Assembly (NCBI RefSeq): GCF_006345805.1
Contig: NC_043005.1
Location: 8,432,001 to 8,496,000, forward strand
Direction of reading: 5' to 3'
DNA from: Octopus sinensis
Taxonomy: Eukaryota
DNA: 64,000 bases
The position numbers and the translations under genes were made by a program. The notes under the pieces were generated by a model. That model ran no database searches and was not told the origin of the DNA. It saw nothing but the letters and a program-made list of their open reading frames with translations. Of this stretch, positions 52,533 through 64,000 are shown piece after piece (the stretch's first letter is position 1; every line of letters begins with the position of its first letter).

Positions 52533-52844
52533 AATATAACTGATTAACGTTATAATCTGTGTCAGATATATTGCGAGCAGAGGAGCAAACCCTATCATCT
52601 AGCGGTGACAAGACCAGTGGTGCAGTCTGGTTTCAGAGTACTTCCTTTCGTCAGTATGATATGGTTGTCGTTAGTTCTAGCTCGCAATATATAGATTCAG
52701 TCTCTGATTTAGCAGCTAACAAAGAAGGTAATTCTAAAAATTCTAAAAGCGGTAAAAACATCACAAAAACTGCTACTCAGAGTTTCACATTCCCGTTCGT
52801 ATGCATATATATAGATATATATATATATATATATATATATATCT

Positions 52845-52886
52845 GAGACCCCCTTCGGTCACGACACAGACCAAGGGATTGCACCT
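52845..52886 (-). mobile_element. SINE C 3' fragment
   Basis: GAGACCCCCTTCGGTCACGACACAGACCAAGGGATTGCACCT matches the reverse complement of the 3' end of the 6121 copy. Confidence 0.7.
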
Positions 52887-52927
52887 TCATGATATATATA
52901 TATCATAATATATATATATATATATTA

Positions 52928-53486
52928 AATATGTAAACATAGTAAATAGAGTAATAAAATAAATGATGAGCTGAGTTTGTAAACGTTTTTCATTTTCATT
53001 TCATGAATGTCTCTAGTACTTGCTTCTTCTTTTAGAGGCCTTTTAATGTACTTATATATGAATAACATATAGTCTAATGACTAATTTGTCTTTTGTGCTA
53101 GATCACTGGTAATAATAATTTATTTTATTACCCTATTTACTATGTTTACATATTGTTCGATAAATTTGCTCGTAGACCTTCTACCGGCATCCAGTCTCTG
53201 TTCGCCGGGTATGTTTTGCGTCTGCGCACTGGTCTGAAAAGTTAGAGAATGCAGGTCGTTAGAATCGCACATGCTTCTAACGATATGTACTTCTAGGATG
53301 ATAAAGGCTGCTTGCTGATGAGTCTAGTCTTGGCAGATAAATTATATTCATCTGCTAAAAAAAAAAAGACGAAACTGCAGTACAAGATGAGCTGAGTTTG
53401 TAAACGTTTTTGATTTTCATTTCATGAATTTATCCCCTTTTTGTGTATCTAGTACTTGCTTCTCCTTTTAGAGGCCTTTTAATGTA

Positions 53487-53494
<8 letters not shown>
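52928..53494 (+). mobile_element. Hammerhead-bearing element with direct and inverted repeats
   Basis: Direct repeat 52965-53059 / 53386-53494; inverted repeat 52928-52964 / 53118-53154; (TA)n on both sides. Confidence 0.8.
53311..53386 (+). ncRNA. Type I hammerhead ribozyme, canonical core
   Basis: CTTG / CTGATGA / GTCT..AGAC / GAAA / C-TGCA-G / TA / CAAG; palindromic stem III ACTGCAGT; predicted cleavage after 53382. Confidence 0.85.
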
Positions 53495-53532
<38 letters not shown>

Positions 53533-53551
53533 AATATATATATATAAATTA

Positions 53552-53605
<54 letters not shown>

Positions 53606-53789
53606 TATACCTATATATATATATATAAATTAATATATATATATATATATCATTTACTGTACAGAGAATTTAAATACTAATAGTTTCATGATATGGAGGC
53701 ATGATGATTCGGCAGATTTAAAAATCGGGTCTTGTGGCTCCAAGCAATCTGTCACACTGAGTCCACTTATCTATCTATCTATCTATCTT

Positions 53790-53843
<54 letters not shown>

Positions 53844-53854
53844 CATCCATCTAA

Positions 53855-53892
<38 letters not shown>

Positions 53893-53893
53893 A

Positions 53894-53966
<73 letters not shown>

Positions 53967-54011
53967 GTCTATCTGTCTGTCTGTCTGTCTATCTAATATT
54001 ACATAAACATG

Positions 54012-54043
<32 letters not shown>

Positions 54044-54695
54044 CACACTCACAAACACAAGCTCTCTCTCTCTCTCTTACATGCACATACCCACACACAA
54101 TACGCAAACACAGTCACAAACACACAGACACACAGAGACGTACACAGACACAGACTGATAAACACACACACACACACACACGCACACACACGTATAAATA
54201 GGGGCGAGTGGCCAAACAACGTGTCACACAAAACATATAACATACGTTACGCACGCTCCTAGAACGAGGCTGTCCCACTGGTCATCCATATCTGTTTGCG
54301 ACTGACGATAAGATTGAGTAGGTGTATGTGCACCTACATCCTAAAGGACGTGTGATCTAAGCATGGTATTATAAATGAATTTACTTACCGCAAATGACAG
54401 ATTACTGCTGATAATGCTTACATATATGTGAATATATTTACAAGCATTATGTTGAGGAGCTATAGTATATTGGTTAGAATACGGACGGAAATACTTGTAA
54501 GTGTAAGCTTTGATGAGATATCCCTTCAATCACAAATGTACACACACAGACACGCACAAACACAACACACACACACATATAAATACACACGTGCGCATAT
54601 ATATGTATATATATACAATATACATACATACATACACATACAGGCATGTATATATTTATATGTATATATATATAATATATATATATATTATATAT

Positions 54696-54771
<76 letters not shown>

Positions 54772-54777
54772 AATATA

Positions 54778-54808
<31 letters not shown>

Positions 54809-54864
54809 ATATACATACATAATATATATATATATATATATATATATCTATATATTATATATAT

Positions 54865-55611
54865 ATAATAGAAATATTAAAATTACTAAGTCTCTCTAAA
54901 AGAGAACAGCGGCAGCGTTCCTGGAAAATAAATAGTTATCGCCATACTAATATGGCATTCTTATAAAAATAAGAATAAAGCTGTCCGCTTATTAGCTCCA
55001 TGAGGCCATTGCCTTAAGTTAGCTATTTGATACACAAACTGTATCCATATAATATCTATCTAATATCAGTCGCTCCACACTACTTGACCGGTCAAGTAGT
55101 GTGGAGCGACTGACCTCCCTTGTTCGAAGGTTATATGGATACAGTTTGTGTATCAAATAGCTAACTTAAGGCAATGGCTTCATGGAGCTAATAAGCGGAC
55201 AACTTTATTCTCATTTTTATAAGAATGCCATATTAGTATGGCGATAACTATTATTTTCCGGGAACGCTGCCGCTGTTCTCTTTTAGAGAGACTTAGTAAT
55301 TTTATATTTCTATTATTGAAAAAAGTGGATGTATTCCACCGAAACTAGGTAATTAAAACCATCGAACAGAGATTGTCGGAAGCGACACCTACTGGCTGGC
55401 TACGCTGCATTGAAAAGGGGCAATACCCCGAAACGCGTCTGTAGCTGCCGGTCAAGTAGTGTGGAGCGACTGACCTCCCTTGTTCGAAGGTTATATGGAT
55501 ACAGTTTGTGTATCAAATAGCTAACTTAAGGCGATGGCCTCATGGAGCTAATAAGCGGACAGCTTTATTCTTATTTTTATAAGAATGCCATATTAGTATG
55601 GCGATAACTAT

Positions 55612-55617
<6 letters not shown>
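54865..55617 (+). mobile_element. Hammerhead-bearing element: approximately 225-bp-arm hairpin plus 1.5 tandem units
   Basis: Inverted arms 54865-55089 / 55090-55316; direct repeat 55088-55257 / 55448-55617; (TA)n on both sides. Confidence 0.85.
55404..55445 (+). ncRNA. Type I hammerhead ribozyme, U3:A8 core variant
   Basis: GCTGCA / TTGAAAA / GGGG-CAATA-CCCC / GAAA / CGCG / TC / TGTAGC. Confidence 0.75.
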
Positions 55618-55690
<73 letters not shown>

Positions 55691-55744
55691 GATATATATA
55701 CATATATATATATACATAAACGAGGCTCCGACAACGTACCCTTT

Positions 55745-55960
55745 TTTGTCAGTCAATGCTTAAGTCGAATATGACATTTAAGTTCGACGAACGATTTGCA
55801 AAGAAGGCCACAGATGTTACAAGCTTGAGGATTATAGGTCAGTGTGGGTGATATATTTACAGCCGCTTTTCTCCTTTGCTTTGCACCCCGAAGCCTGTTA
55901 ATGCTGGTAGCAGAAAGTTTTAAATACCATTTTGGCCCAAGGCTCTCCATTTTGTTTGTA
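55745..55960 (-). mobile_element. RTE-clade LINE 3' end
   Basis: AKQRRK...CNICGLLCKSFVELKCHIRLKH*, resembling the terminal C2H2-like motif of RTE ORFs. Confidence 0.6.
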
Positions 55961-56048
55961 ACAAGTTAAGATATAGAGGAAGAGGTTACTCTTCAGCTTT
56001 TCTTTATATATAAAGGGAGAGAGGGGGAGAGAGAGGGGAGAGAGGGGC

Positions 56049-56092
<44 letters not shown>

Positions 56093-56409
56093 GGAGATAA
56101 GCGACTTATATACAAGTACATATATACATGTCTGCCTATACATCTCTCTCCTTCTTTCTCTGATTCTATCTATCTATCTATCTATCTATCTTCTATCTGT
56201 GTTCTGGAAATTGTGTTTTGTAAACGAGAGACTATGCCGATGATCTTGGAGATGTTTGCGTGTCCATATACGTAAATATTAACAAGTGAAACCAATGGTA
56301 CATAGGTAATGTTTTTTTATTTCGTATATTTTCATTTGCCTTGATTATTTTTGCATCTTGGTTTTTTGCTGAGATTTTTCTTGAGAACACATTCTTCGTG
56401 GCAATGGCA

Positions 56410-56560
56410 TTTAAAGTCTCGTGAGTTGTTAGAACCCCCGTGAGTAGTTTAAATCCTTGTCGAGTTTATTAATTCCTTGTGAGTTGCTAAAATCATCGTG
56501 AGTTGTTTAAATTCTCGTGAGTTTTTAAAAGCCTTGTGTGTTGTTTAAATCCTCGTCGCC
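56410..56560. repeat. Degenerate minisatellite, unit about 19-20 bp
   Basis: Repeated GTGAGTTGTTTAAATCCTC-like units. Confidence 0.7.
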
Positions 56561-56668
56561 ACAGGGTATGATCCTTAAAATGTTGGATTGTTATAACGCC
56601 CACTTCGGTATACAGTATACTTAGCAAAGCCAGTAAAGGCACTACTATTTCTGACCGCCTACTACGTA

Positions 56669-56796
56669 CTCTTTACTTATGGTGACGAGGTTATTCCATT
56701 CTCTTTACTTATAGTGACGAGGTTATTCCATTCTCTTTACTTATAGTGACGAGGTTATTCCATTCTCTTTACTTATAGTGAGTAGGTTATTCCAAT
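56669..56796. repeat. Minisatellite, 4 x 32 bp
   Basis: CTCTTTACTTATAGTGACGAGGTTATTCCATT at 56669, 56701, 56733, 56765. Confidence 0.95.
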
Positions 56797-57261
56797 CGTC
56801 ACGCTGGAGATGTGTACCGTTATTACTAATTCCCTACAACAAGGAATATGCTCAAAACGTTAAAAACTTACTCTCCTTTCCACATTTCCTGGGCGATAAA
56901 CTTATACATCCTATGTGTATGTTCTCTTGTTTTGCTATTACTATTTTTAATGTTCGATTGATTGCTCAAGTTTTAATATTCGATTTGACTATATATATAT
57001 TATCTGTGTGCCAATTCGGTTTTACTGACAATCTGTTCTGTTACTTTTTTACTCATTTGCTCATTTAGTCAATAAATCACCTGTTCTTATATGATTATAT
57101 GCTGCCGCACGCTTGTTTTTGCAATTACCAACTCTTTCTATTTGGCAATCTATACCACTTATACATGTGTATGTATTCATCTAATACATTGGAATAAATA
57201 GACACACTGGAGTGTTTACCGGCTGTGGTCTGTCGATGTATCTCCTCCACTTTCTTATTTG

Positions 57262-57305
<44 letters not shown>

Positions 57306-58375
57306 TTCTTCCCTTCTTTCCTGAGCGTCCAATAATACTTTATTTGTTCCACGTCCCCGCGTTGCTGTGTTTTTTTGTGTTTTCTTGTTTGGATTAACTT
57401 TATATATATATATATATATATATTCAATAAATGCGTACATATATAATATATACGCGTCTGTGCGTGTGTTTGAGTGTTTGTGAAGAAACTGCATGTATAA
57501 ATCTATGTGCTTCCTTGTATCATTATGTTGTTTAAAGTAACCAGAAGCCAGTTATCAACAAGTCTCCTTTATTTTAAAGCAAGTACCACATACTGTCTAG
57601 ATTGTTTTGTTAACCATCTTAAACCTTTGACGTCTTACACATTGTGTTGACACGACTTGAATATCTCGTTTTCCTTGTTATACATTTATCACTACTCAAT
57701 TCACCTACGTTAATACGAATTGTTCAAGCATTTTGCAACACTGGGAAATGCACCAATATTCATAAACACAAACGTTAAGTATATAGACAGGATATAGAAA
57801 CGGTATAGTTCAGAACAACTTTCCTGAACGTTATTGTTTTCAACGACTTTCAAGAGACGCTCACATCCGCTAGACAATTGACCTCCTCAACAACAGCGGT
57901 TTTCTTTTTCAATACTAGATGGCTATTTTAGTTTTGTTGTAAGCTAATTATTAAAGGGTTTGCTAGAGGATGACCTCTGCGTTGGAATGTTGAAATGCGC
58001 GAATGTAACTGACGCCAGTATTCTTTTGATTTCATTCAAGAACAGCTATCTTACGGAAAGGGTGTAAATCGATTTCGAAAAGAAGAATATGCCAGGAAAC
58101 ACAGTAATAGTTGTTGTTGCTGTGATTTTGTTAATCCAGAACTCAGCTCTGATCAAGCGGACTTATGATCAAAAGGCTTTTTAATGTTGGCCATACTGAT
58201 ATATTCTTATTTTTTTCGACGTAGTGTATCTAGGATCTCATTACACAATGCGTCTGTCTACTCATTTTGTGTTTGTTTTAGCTTTATTTTTAACTGCTTT
58301 TGTATCTGTGTGGGTGCTTCCACATTGACTTTTTAAAGATATTGTTTCATGAAAATGGTGTTTATTTACGTAATA

Positions 58376-58769
58376 CTAGCAGTATCACCCGGCGTTGCTC
58401 GGATTAGTAAGGGAAATAACTATATAAGCATTTTTAGAGATGTAAAGTAAAATAGCCATCTCAATATGGCTAACCACAAAGGGGGGGGGGTTACTGTAGC
58501 TTTTTACGTTCTGAGATTTAATAATACATTTTTAGAGAGTTACTTCCCTTATATAATAGCAAAAAATGCATTAAAATGGGAAAAATTGATGGTAATTTTC
58601 TTTTAAATCGTAGACTCATCGTAGACGCGCGTTAATACCCAGAAGGGCTCGATATGAATCACGACTATTAGATACCCAGTTTTGGTTAAACTGCACCGCA
58701 AAATGTGGGAGTAGTTGGGAATCTAAATCGTAGGAGACAGACACACAACCTCTCTTTTATATATAAAGA
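58376..58769 (-). mobile_element. Non-autonomous Helitron H1
   Basis: Same termini, hairpin and AT insertion site. Confidence 0.88.
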
Positions 58770-59304
58770 TTTTCAACTGAGATATTTCGATCACATCTAA
58801 ACTGTTAAAGAATTTGTTATTACTTTTATTTTTAAGATCTTTCAATATAATTTTTTTTGCTCCTGATATTTGAATCAAAATGAGATGAGCTATACGACAG
58901 ATTCACTCTCAGAAGATTTCCATGTATGTTCCTTGTCAGCTATTCTAAAAATCCCAGATTAAATAACCATGCATACAACTTTACGCAAACTGAATCTCTC
59001 AATGTCTTTAATTCTTTTAAGATTTCTATTCACTATTAAATCATTCGAAATTTTATTACCTATTGACAAAACATTCTATATTGTCCAGTCCCTTCCCAGT
59101 ATGCTAACGTTAGTGTTGGTACTGAGAATGTATTATGAAATTTCTATCTAATGCAAGATGTAAGCTCTCCTTCCATGATTTTATTAAATTTGTCTTAATA
59201 CGTATTGTCTAATTAGATTTTGTATAACGCATTTTGTCCTGTATCAAGATATTTATCGAAATCACAACCACGAATAAGAGAAAAAGATCATCATTTATAT
59301 GCAG

Positions 59305-59394
59305 GTTTTCGATTTGGAAGCATCTTTTCTCCGTTATATATTATTCTGGTTGAATGTTTTACTTGGAAAACGCTGTTATTACGATCCAACAAAG
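59305..59394 (+). CDS. Weak candidate 90-nt exon
   Basis: CAG|...AAG|GTATCC, phase 0-0, VFDLEASFLRYILFWLNVLLGKRCYYDPTK; poor polypyrimidine tract. Confidence 0.2.
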
Positions 59395-59785
59395 GTATCC
59401 GACACACGGTCGCCCGACTTGTTACAGAAAAAGATATATAGTGATTCCTTTATGTCTAAAGCAAGGAACCAGAGCCACCGCGTCGAAGCAAAGCAACAAT
59501 AGCGTAAAGTTGAACAGAAAAGGCAACAACAACAACAGAAGCAGGGAGCGTGGTCAGAGTAAACAGCAGTAACAACTCCTACTTCGCACGATTAGAAAAG
59601 CAACCTTCTAATAACTTCCACGAGCCGTTCGCTATGTCACCCTGTTCACATGTACTCACTTCTTTTTACTCCCGCCGTCATCATCTTCATCCTTTTCCTC
59701 TTCATCAACAACAGCATCACCGTCGTCGTAGTCGTCATCATTAACATCGTTTCATCAACTACTACTACTACTACTACTGCTGCTG

Positions 59786-59831
<46 letters not shown>

Positions 59832-60308
59832 AGCTGCTGCTGCTCCTGTTGCTTTTGCCATCAGCAGTAGAAGTACCACCACCGCCAACACCAGCACCAG
59901 CACCACCACTTCTACTATCGAAGAAAACATAGCTTTTCAAACTCCCTCATTCTATAGTAATTAATGAAAGGACTGGGTATCCGCAGTTTTTCCTTTGAAA
60001 GTAAGCAAGTCATCGTTCCTAATTCGAATACCTCCATTTGGTATTTGGATGTATTCAAAGGATTTAGCTGGAATGCTATAATTCCGCCTAGACCTCCGAC
60101 AGGAAACTTGTAGAGACATATCTATGCACGACCTCCTATTCTTCTAAAAAAATGAAACGAAGAGCCTAAAACCCTTGGACACTTTTGACTCTCCTCCTGT
60201 ATCCGTTGTCTTCTGTCCAGCCTAGAGTTCATTCACTTCCTCCGTGAATAAATTGTGAATACGTAGGTTCAACGTATTTACACTCTATATATCTAGACTT
60301 TACATTCT

Positions 60309-60646
60309 ACAGGCGCATGGCTCAGTGGTTAGAGCGTCGAGCTTACGATCGTGAGGTTGTGAGCTCGAATCCCGGACCGGGCTGCGTGTTGTGTTCTTGA
60401 GCAAGGCACTTTATTTCACGTTGCTCCAGTTCACTCAGCTGTAGAAATGAGTTGCGACGTCACTGGTGCCAAGCTGTATCGGCCTTTGCCTTTCCCTTGG
60501 ATAACACTGGTGGCGTGGAGAGGGGAGGCTGGTATGCATGGGCGACTGCTGGTCTTCCATAAACAACCTTGCCCGGTCTTGTGTCTAGGAGGGTAACTTT
60601 CTAGGTGCAATCCCATGGTCATTCATGACCGAAGGGGGTCTTTACC
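60309..60646 (+). mobile_element. SINE C with 11-bp TSD
   Basis: CTTTACATTCT at 60298-60308 and 60647-60657. Confidence 0.92.
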
Positions 60647-61779
60647 CTTTACATTCTGCTTCATGGCGCATTTATCAGCTTATCTCTTCAGTCTCATTCC
60701 ACATGACACGCTATATTCAACCTTTACTCCCAAAGAAGTGTCTGTGAGTGCAAAGGCTCAATTCATCCGCTTACTCACATATTTCATCTGGGCATCAGTT
60801 ATTATGACTCCTACTATTCTCCCAAATGCATCTGCCCCTACGGTTCTCTTGGTTTCTCGTTACATTGGCATGTCTTCGATCATATTTCCTACTGCTTTGA
60901 GGACGCTTATCTTCTTCTTCGGACAATTCGTCCACCAAGGTGATTTCAGCGCTCATAACCGAACGTGGATCTGTCACTAACCGTACACAATATCGAGAGT
61001 GCAAAAGGTTAATCATTTGTAATCCTCAGCTCTCTACATTAATCTGTTTCAAACCCAACACTCGTCCCAGGTCAACACACACACACACACGATCTTTTTC
61101 TTTGTTCCAAAGTCAAATACTGTCAAAATTGCAAATGTCTCAGGGTTCCTCGCGTCTTCCGACAGCCACTTAATCGTATCTACCAAACACAAAACTATAT
61201 AACTCACACACCCAGCACTGTATCACATCTTAAATCAGACGACTGGTCGGTGGCTCGCCAGTTTATACTACCTACGTCTGGTAGCCGATTCTTTTAGTTT
61301 CTTGTCAAAACAAAAACAAAAATAAACAACAACACAAAAATTCAACATCTTTGAACAATCCATTCAAATTCCATAAAATATATATAAATAGCACCCCCTC
61401 AGAAAAGGCTTTCACTTTCCTTAACTGCTTTGCAACAAGCTCCACACTGCAAATCCGTCAGCGTGTATAGATACAGGTCAAATGCATGAGTACCTTAGGC
61501 ATAAGTTGCATTTCTTAGATCTATTAACATATGGCTTGTATTTCCTCACCGTTCTCCAATTAATTGTATTAGGTGTGCAGCTGCTTTTCAAATTCCATAC
61601 GTGACTACCTTCGGTCACTTCAAACCACTGGCCTTGAATACATACTCTGAAATATGGTATCCCAGAGCCTTTTCCTTACTAACTCTTATACGTATATCCC
61701 CCTCTCTATAGAGAGAGGGAGATATACGTATAAGATATACGTATAAGATCTGTCGTACATTTGGTAATACGTTAGAATG

Positions 61780-62164
61780 GTGGAGGCGCAATGGCCCAGT
61801 GGTTAGGGCAGCGGACTCGCGGTCATAGGATCGCGGTTTCGATTCCCAGACCGGGCGTTGTGATTGTTTATTGAGCGAAAACACCTAAAAGCTCCACGAG
61901 GCTCCGGCAGGGATGGTGGTGATCCCTGCTGTACTCTTTCACCACAACTTTCTCTCACTCTTACTTCCTGTTTCTGTTGTACCTGTATTTCAAAGTGCCG
62001 GCCTTGTCACTCTCTGTGTCACGCTGAATATCCCCAAGAACTACGTTAAGGGTACCACGTGTCTGTGGAGTGCTCAGCCACTTACACGCTAATTTCACGA
62101 GCAGGCTGTTCCGTTGATTCGGATCAACCGGAACCCTCCTCGTCGTAACCGACGGAGTGCTTCC
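61780..62164 (+). mobile_element. SINE D, 14-bp TSD
   Basis: A box TGGCCCAGTGG, B box GTTTCGATTCC; AATACGTTAGAATG at 61766-61779 and 62165-62178. Confidence 0.93.
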
Positions 62165-62761
62165 AATACGTTAGAATGTTTTAATTTCCAAGAAAGGTAG
62201 CCCCCCCCCCTTTATCCTGGCAAATACCACCCAAACGCTCCATTACGTGAATTCCGATATCGATTGGACTATTGTGGCAAATTAACGACGGCGTTCTTCT
62301 CCAATACGTTGAATCTCTCTCTCTCACCCTTCTTTAAGACCATCAATACTTTTTCTATGTAGACAATTTCCCTGGTGATCTCCTCTCTTAGTCTGTCAGT
62401 GGTGGAATCCCGCCTTGGAGCACTTTGAGGGAAGGAAATTCTGCAAAGAATTTCAACCGCATGCAAATCTCCTTTAGAATCTATCCGTTTTAGGGTGCCA
62501 TCCGAGATTTATGACTTCCCTCTTGAGTTGTGTTGGTGGAGATTTTTATATTTCAGACTCTGTTGTCTTATTCAGATGCTTGTATTCCTCATTTTTTGGC
62601 ATTAATCTCAATTACTAAGGCCATTTTGTATAATCTAGTCTTGAATATATTAAATGAGTGGACGAGGAAAAGTTCTTTGTTCACGGCCTTGTTCGATCAA
62701 GCTTAAGTTCGAGCTAATTTAGAATTTTCTGGATCAATTTATTTTTCAATTTTGTTGAGTT

Positions 62762-62948
62762 ACTCTTTTACTTGTTTCAGTCATTTCTTACTGTGGCCAT
62801 GCTGGAGCACCGCCTTTAGTCGAGTAAATCGACCCCAGGACTTATTCTTTGTAAGCCTATTACGGGGACACGCCAGCTTCGGTTGTCAAGCGATGTTAGG
62901 GGACAACACAGACACACAAACACACACACACACACACACACACACAAC

Positions 62949-63032
<84 letters not shown>

Positions 63033-63095
63033 TATATATATATGTGTGTGTGTGGTTCGTAAGCAAGCTACTTACCCCACAGCCACTCCTAGGCC
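62762..63095 (-). mobile_element. SINE B with internal deletions
   Basis: Tail and head present; middle segments missing. Confidence 0.85.
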
Positions 63096-64000
63096 TATAA
63101 AATATGTCAACCAAATACTATAGGCGAAAATAATCCTGCAAATGATTGCGCTTGTAGCTACGTTTGAAAACCAGAATCACATTTATTTATTTTCAGTAAG
63201 CATGTTTAGAGTACATATCAATTATTGGTGACATTGATATTTCATGATCCTAAAAGACAATCCAGCATTTTTGTAAACTAAACGACAGACGTTTTGTGCC
63301 AAATTACAAACATAGAAAGAAGGGGTATATTTGTATTGAAGCATCTATAATACTAAAGAAACTTATTTCGTTTCCAATTCCAACTGTGAGAATTATCTAT
63401 TATGAAATCGTGAGACTTATTTTTGACATATATCATGATTCCAGCTTTATTCTGGATTGAGTTGAATGTCCATTCTTAATTAAGTGACATCGCCGTTAGA
63501 TTCCTACTAGTTTTTTTTTTATATGCGAGCTAGTACAAATTAATTAATTAAAAGCTGCTCGGTATATAATTATTTTCTTTTGTTTATTTAGTCTTCATTA
63601 ATGACTTTTGTTTATTTAGTCTTCATTAATGATTTGTATGAGTCTTGGGGATACTGACTTAATCACTTATGTGGAGCCATCATATAATGCTTAGAAAAAT
63701 AAAACTACTCGATACAAAGACTTTAAAAGTATTATAAGTTCTATTCTATGACGCACAAAAATATTCTATTGTTTGAGCATTATTATATTAGTATAACATG
63801 ACTAGTTGCTATGGCTTTTGCTGTTGTTCCATCTCGTATCTAGTGCTCTCGAATGGAAATGTTTTCATTTTTCGTAAAAGGTTATATTGATCTGTGAAAA
63901 CCAGCTTAAAATTACCGGCAATTTCATTATCCATACATTAATTCTAAATTTACTGATGCGTTTAATTTTCAGTATTCCATAATGAATTCGGTTCTCTTAT

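Noticed and set aside
56669-56796. 32-bp repeats resembling a CRISPR array
   Set aside because: Repeats are contiguous with no spacers, there are no cas genes, and the context is eukaryotic
59646-59964. Thr/Ala- or Val-rich ORFs resembling a mucin or membrane protein
   Set aside because: Derived from (CTA)/(CTG) triplet repeats; no convincing splice context
60650-61060. Possible LINE ORF1 remnants (also 62200-62600)
   Set aside because: Motif resemblance too weak to support a call

Overview
AT-rich eukaryotic, essentially non-genic DNA dominated by microsatellites and mobile elements; the SINE complement and microsatellite density suggest an octopus/cephalopod genome (inference from memory, no database search run). 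No complete host gene, rRNA, tRNA or CRISPR array is supportable; only three weak exon candidates. Contents: four tRNA-derived SINE families (called A-D here, several with clear TSDs), a 2.4-kb 5'-truncated CR1/L2-group LINE with two nonsense mutations, a cluster of R4/Dong-type RLE retrotransposon fragments in (TAA)n arrays, two copies of an L1/Tx1-like 3' end embedded in (TATC)n, Penelope (GIY-YIG) fragments, an RTE 3' end, Tc1/mariner fragments and non-autonomous Helitrons. The most interesting signal is a set of short non-coding elements, mostly bordered by (TA)n, that carry type I hammerhead-ribozyme folds with palindromic stem III. Across families the tertiary 3:8 core pair appears as canonical C3:G8 (53311), U3:A8 (55404) and G3:C8 (26736, 3979). 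Two of these elements show the same layout: inverted fragment, then a direct repeat starting just after the predicted cleavage site. This suggests retrozyme/Penelope-derived units of about 360 and 421 nt. Folds and alignments were done by eye; activity is untested.
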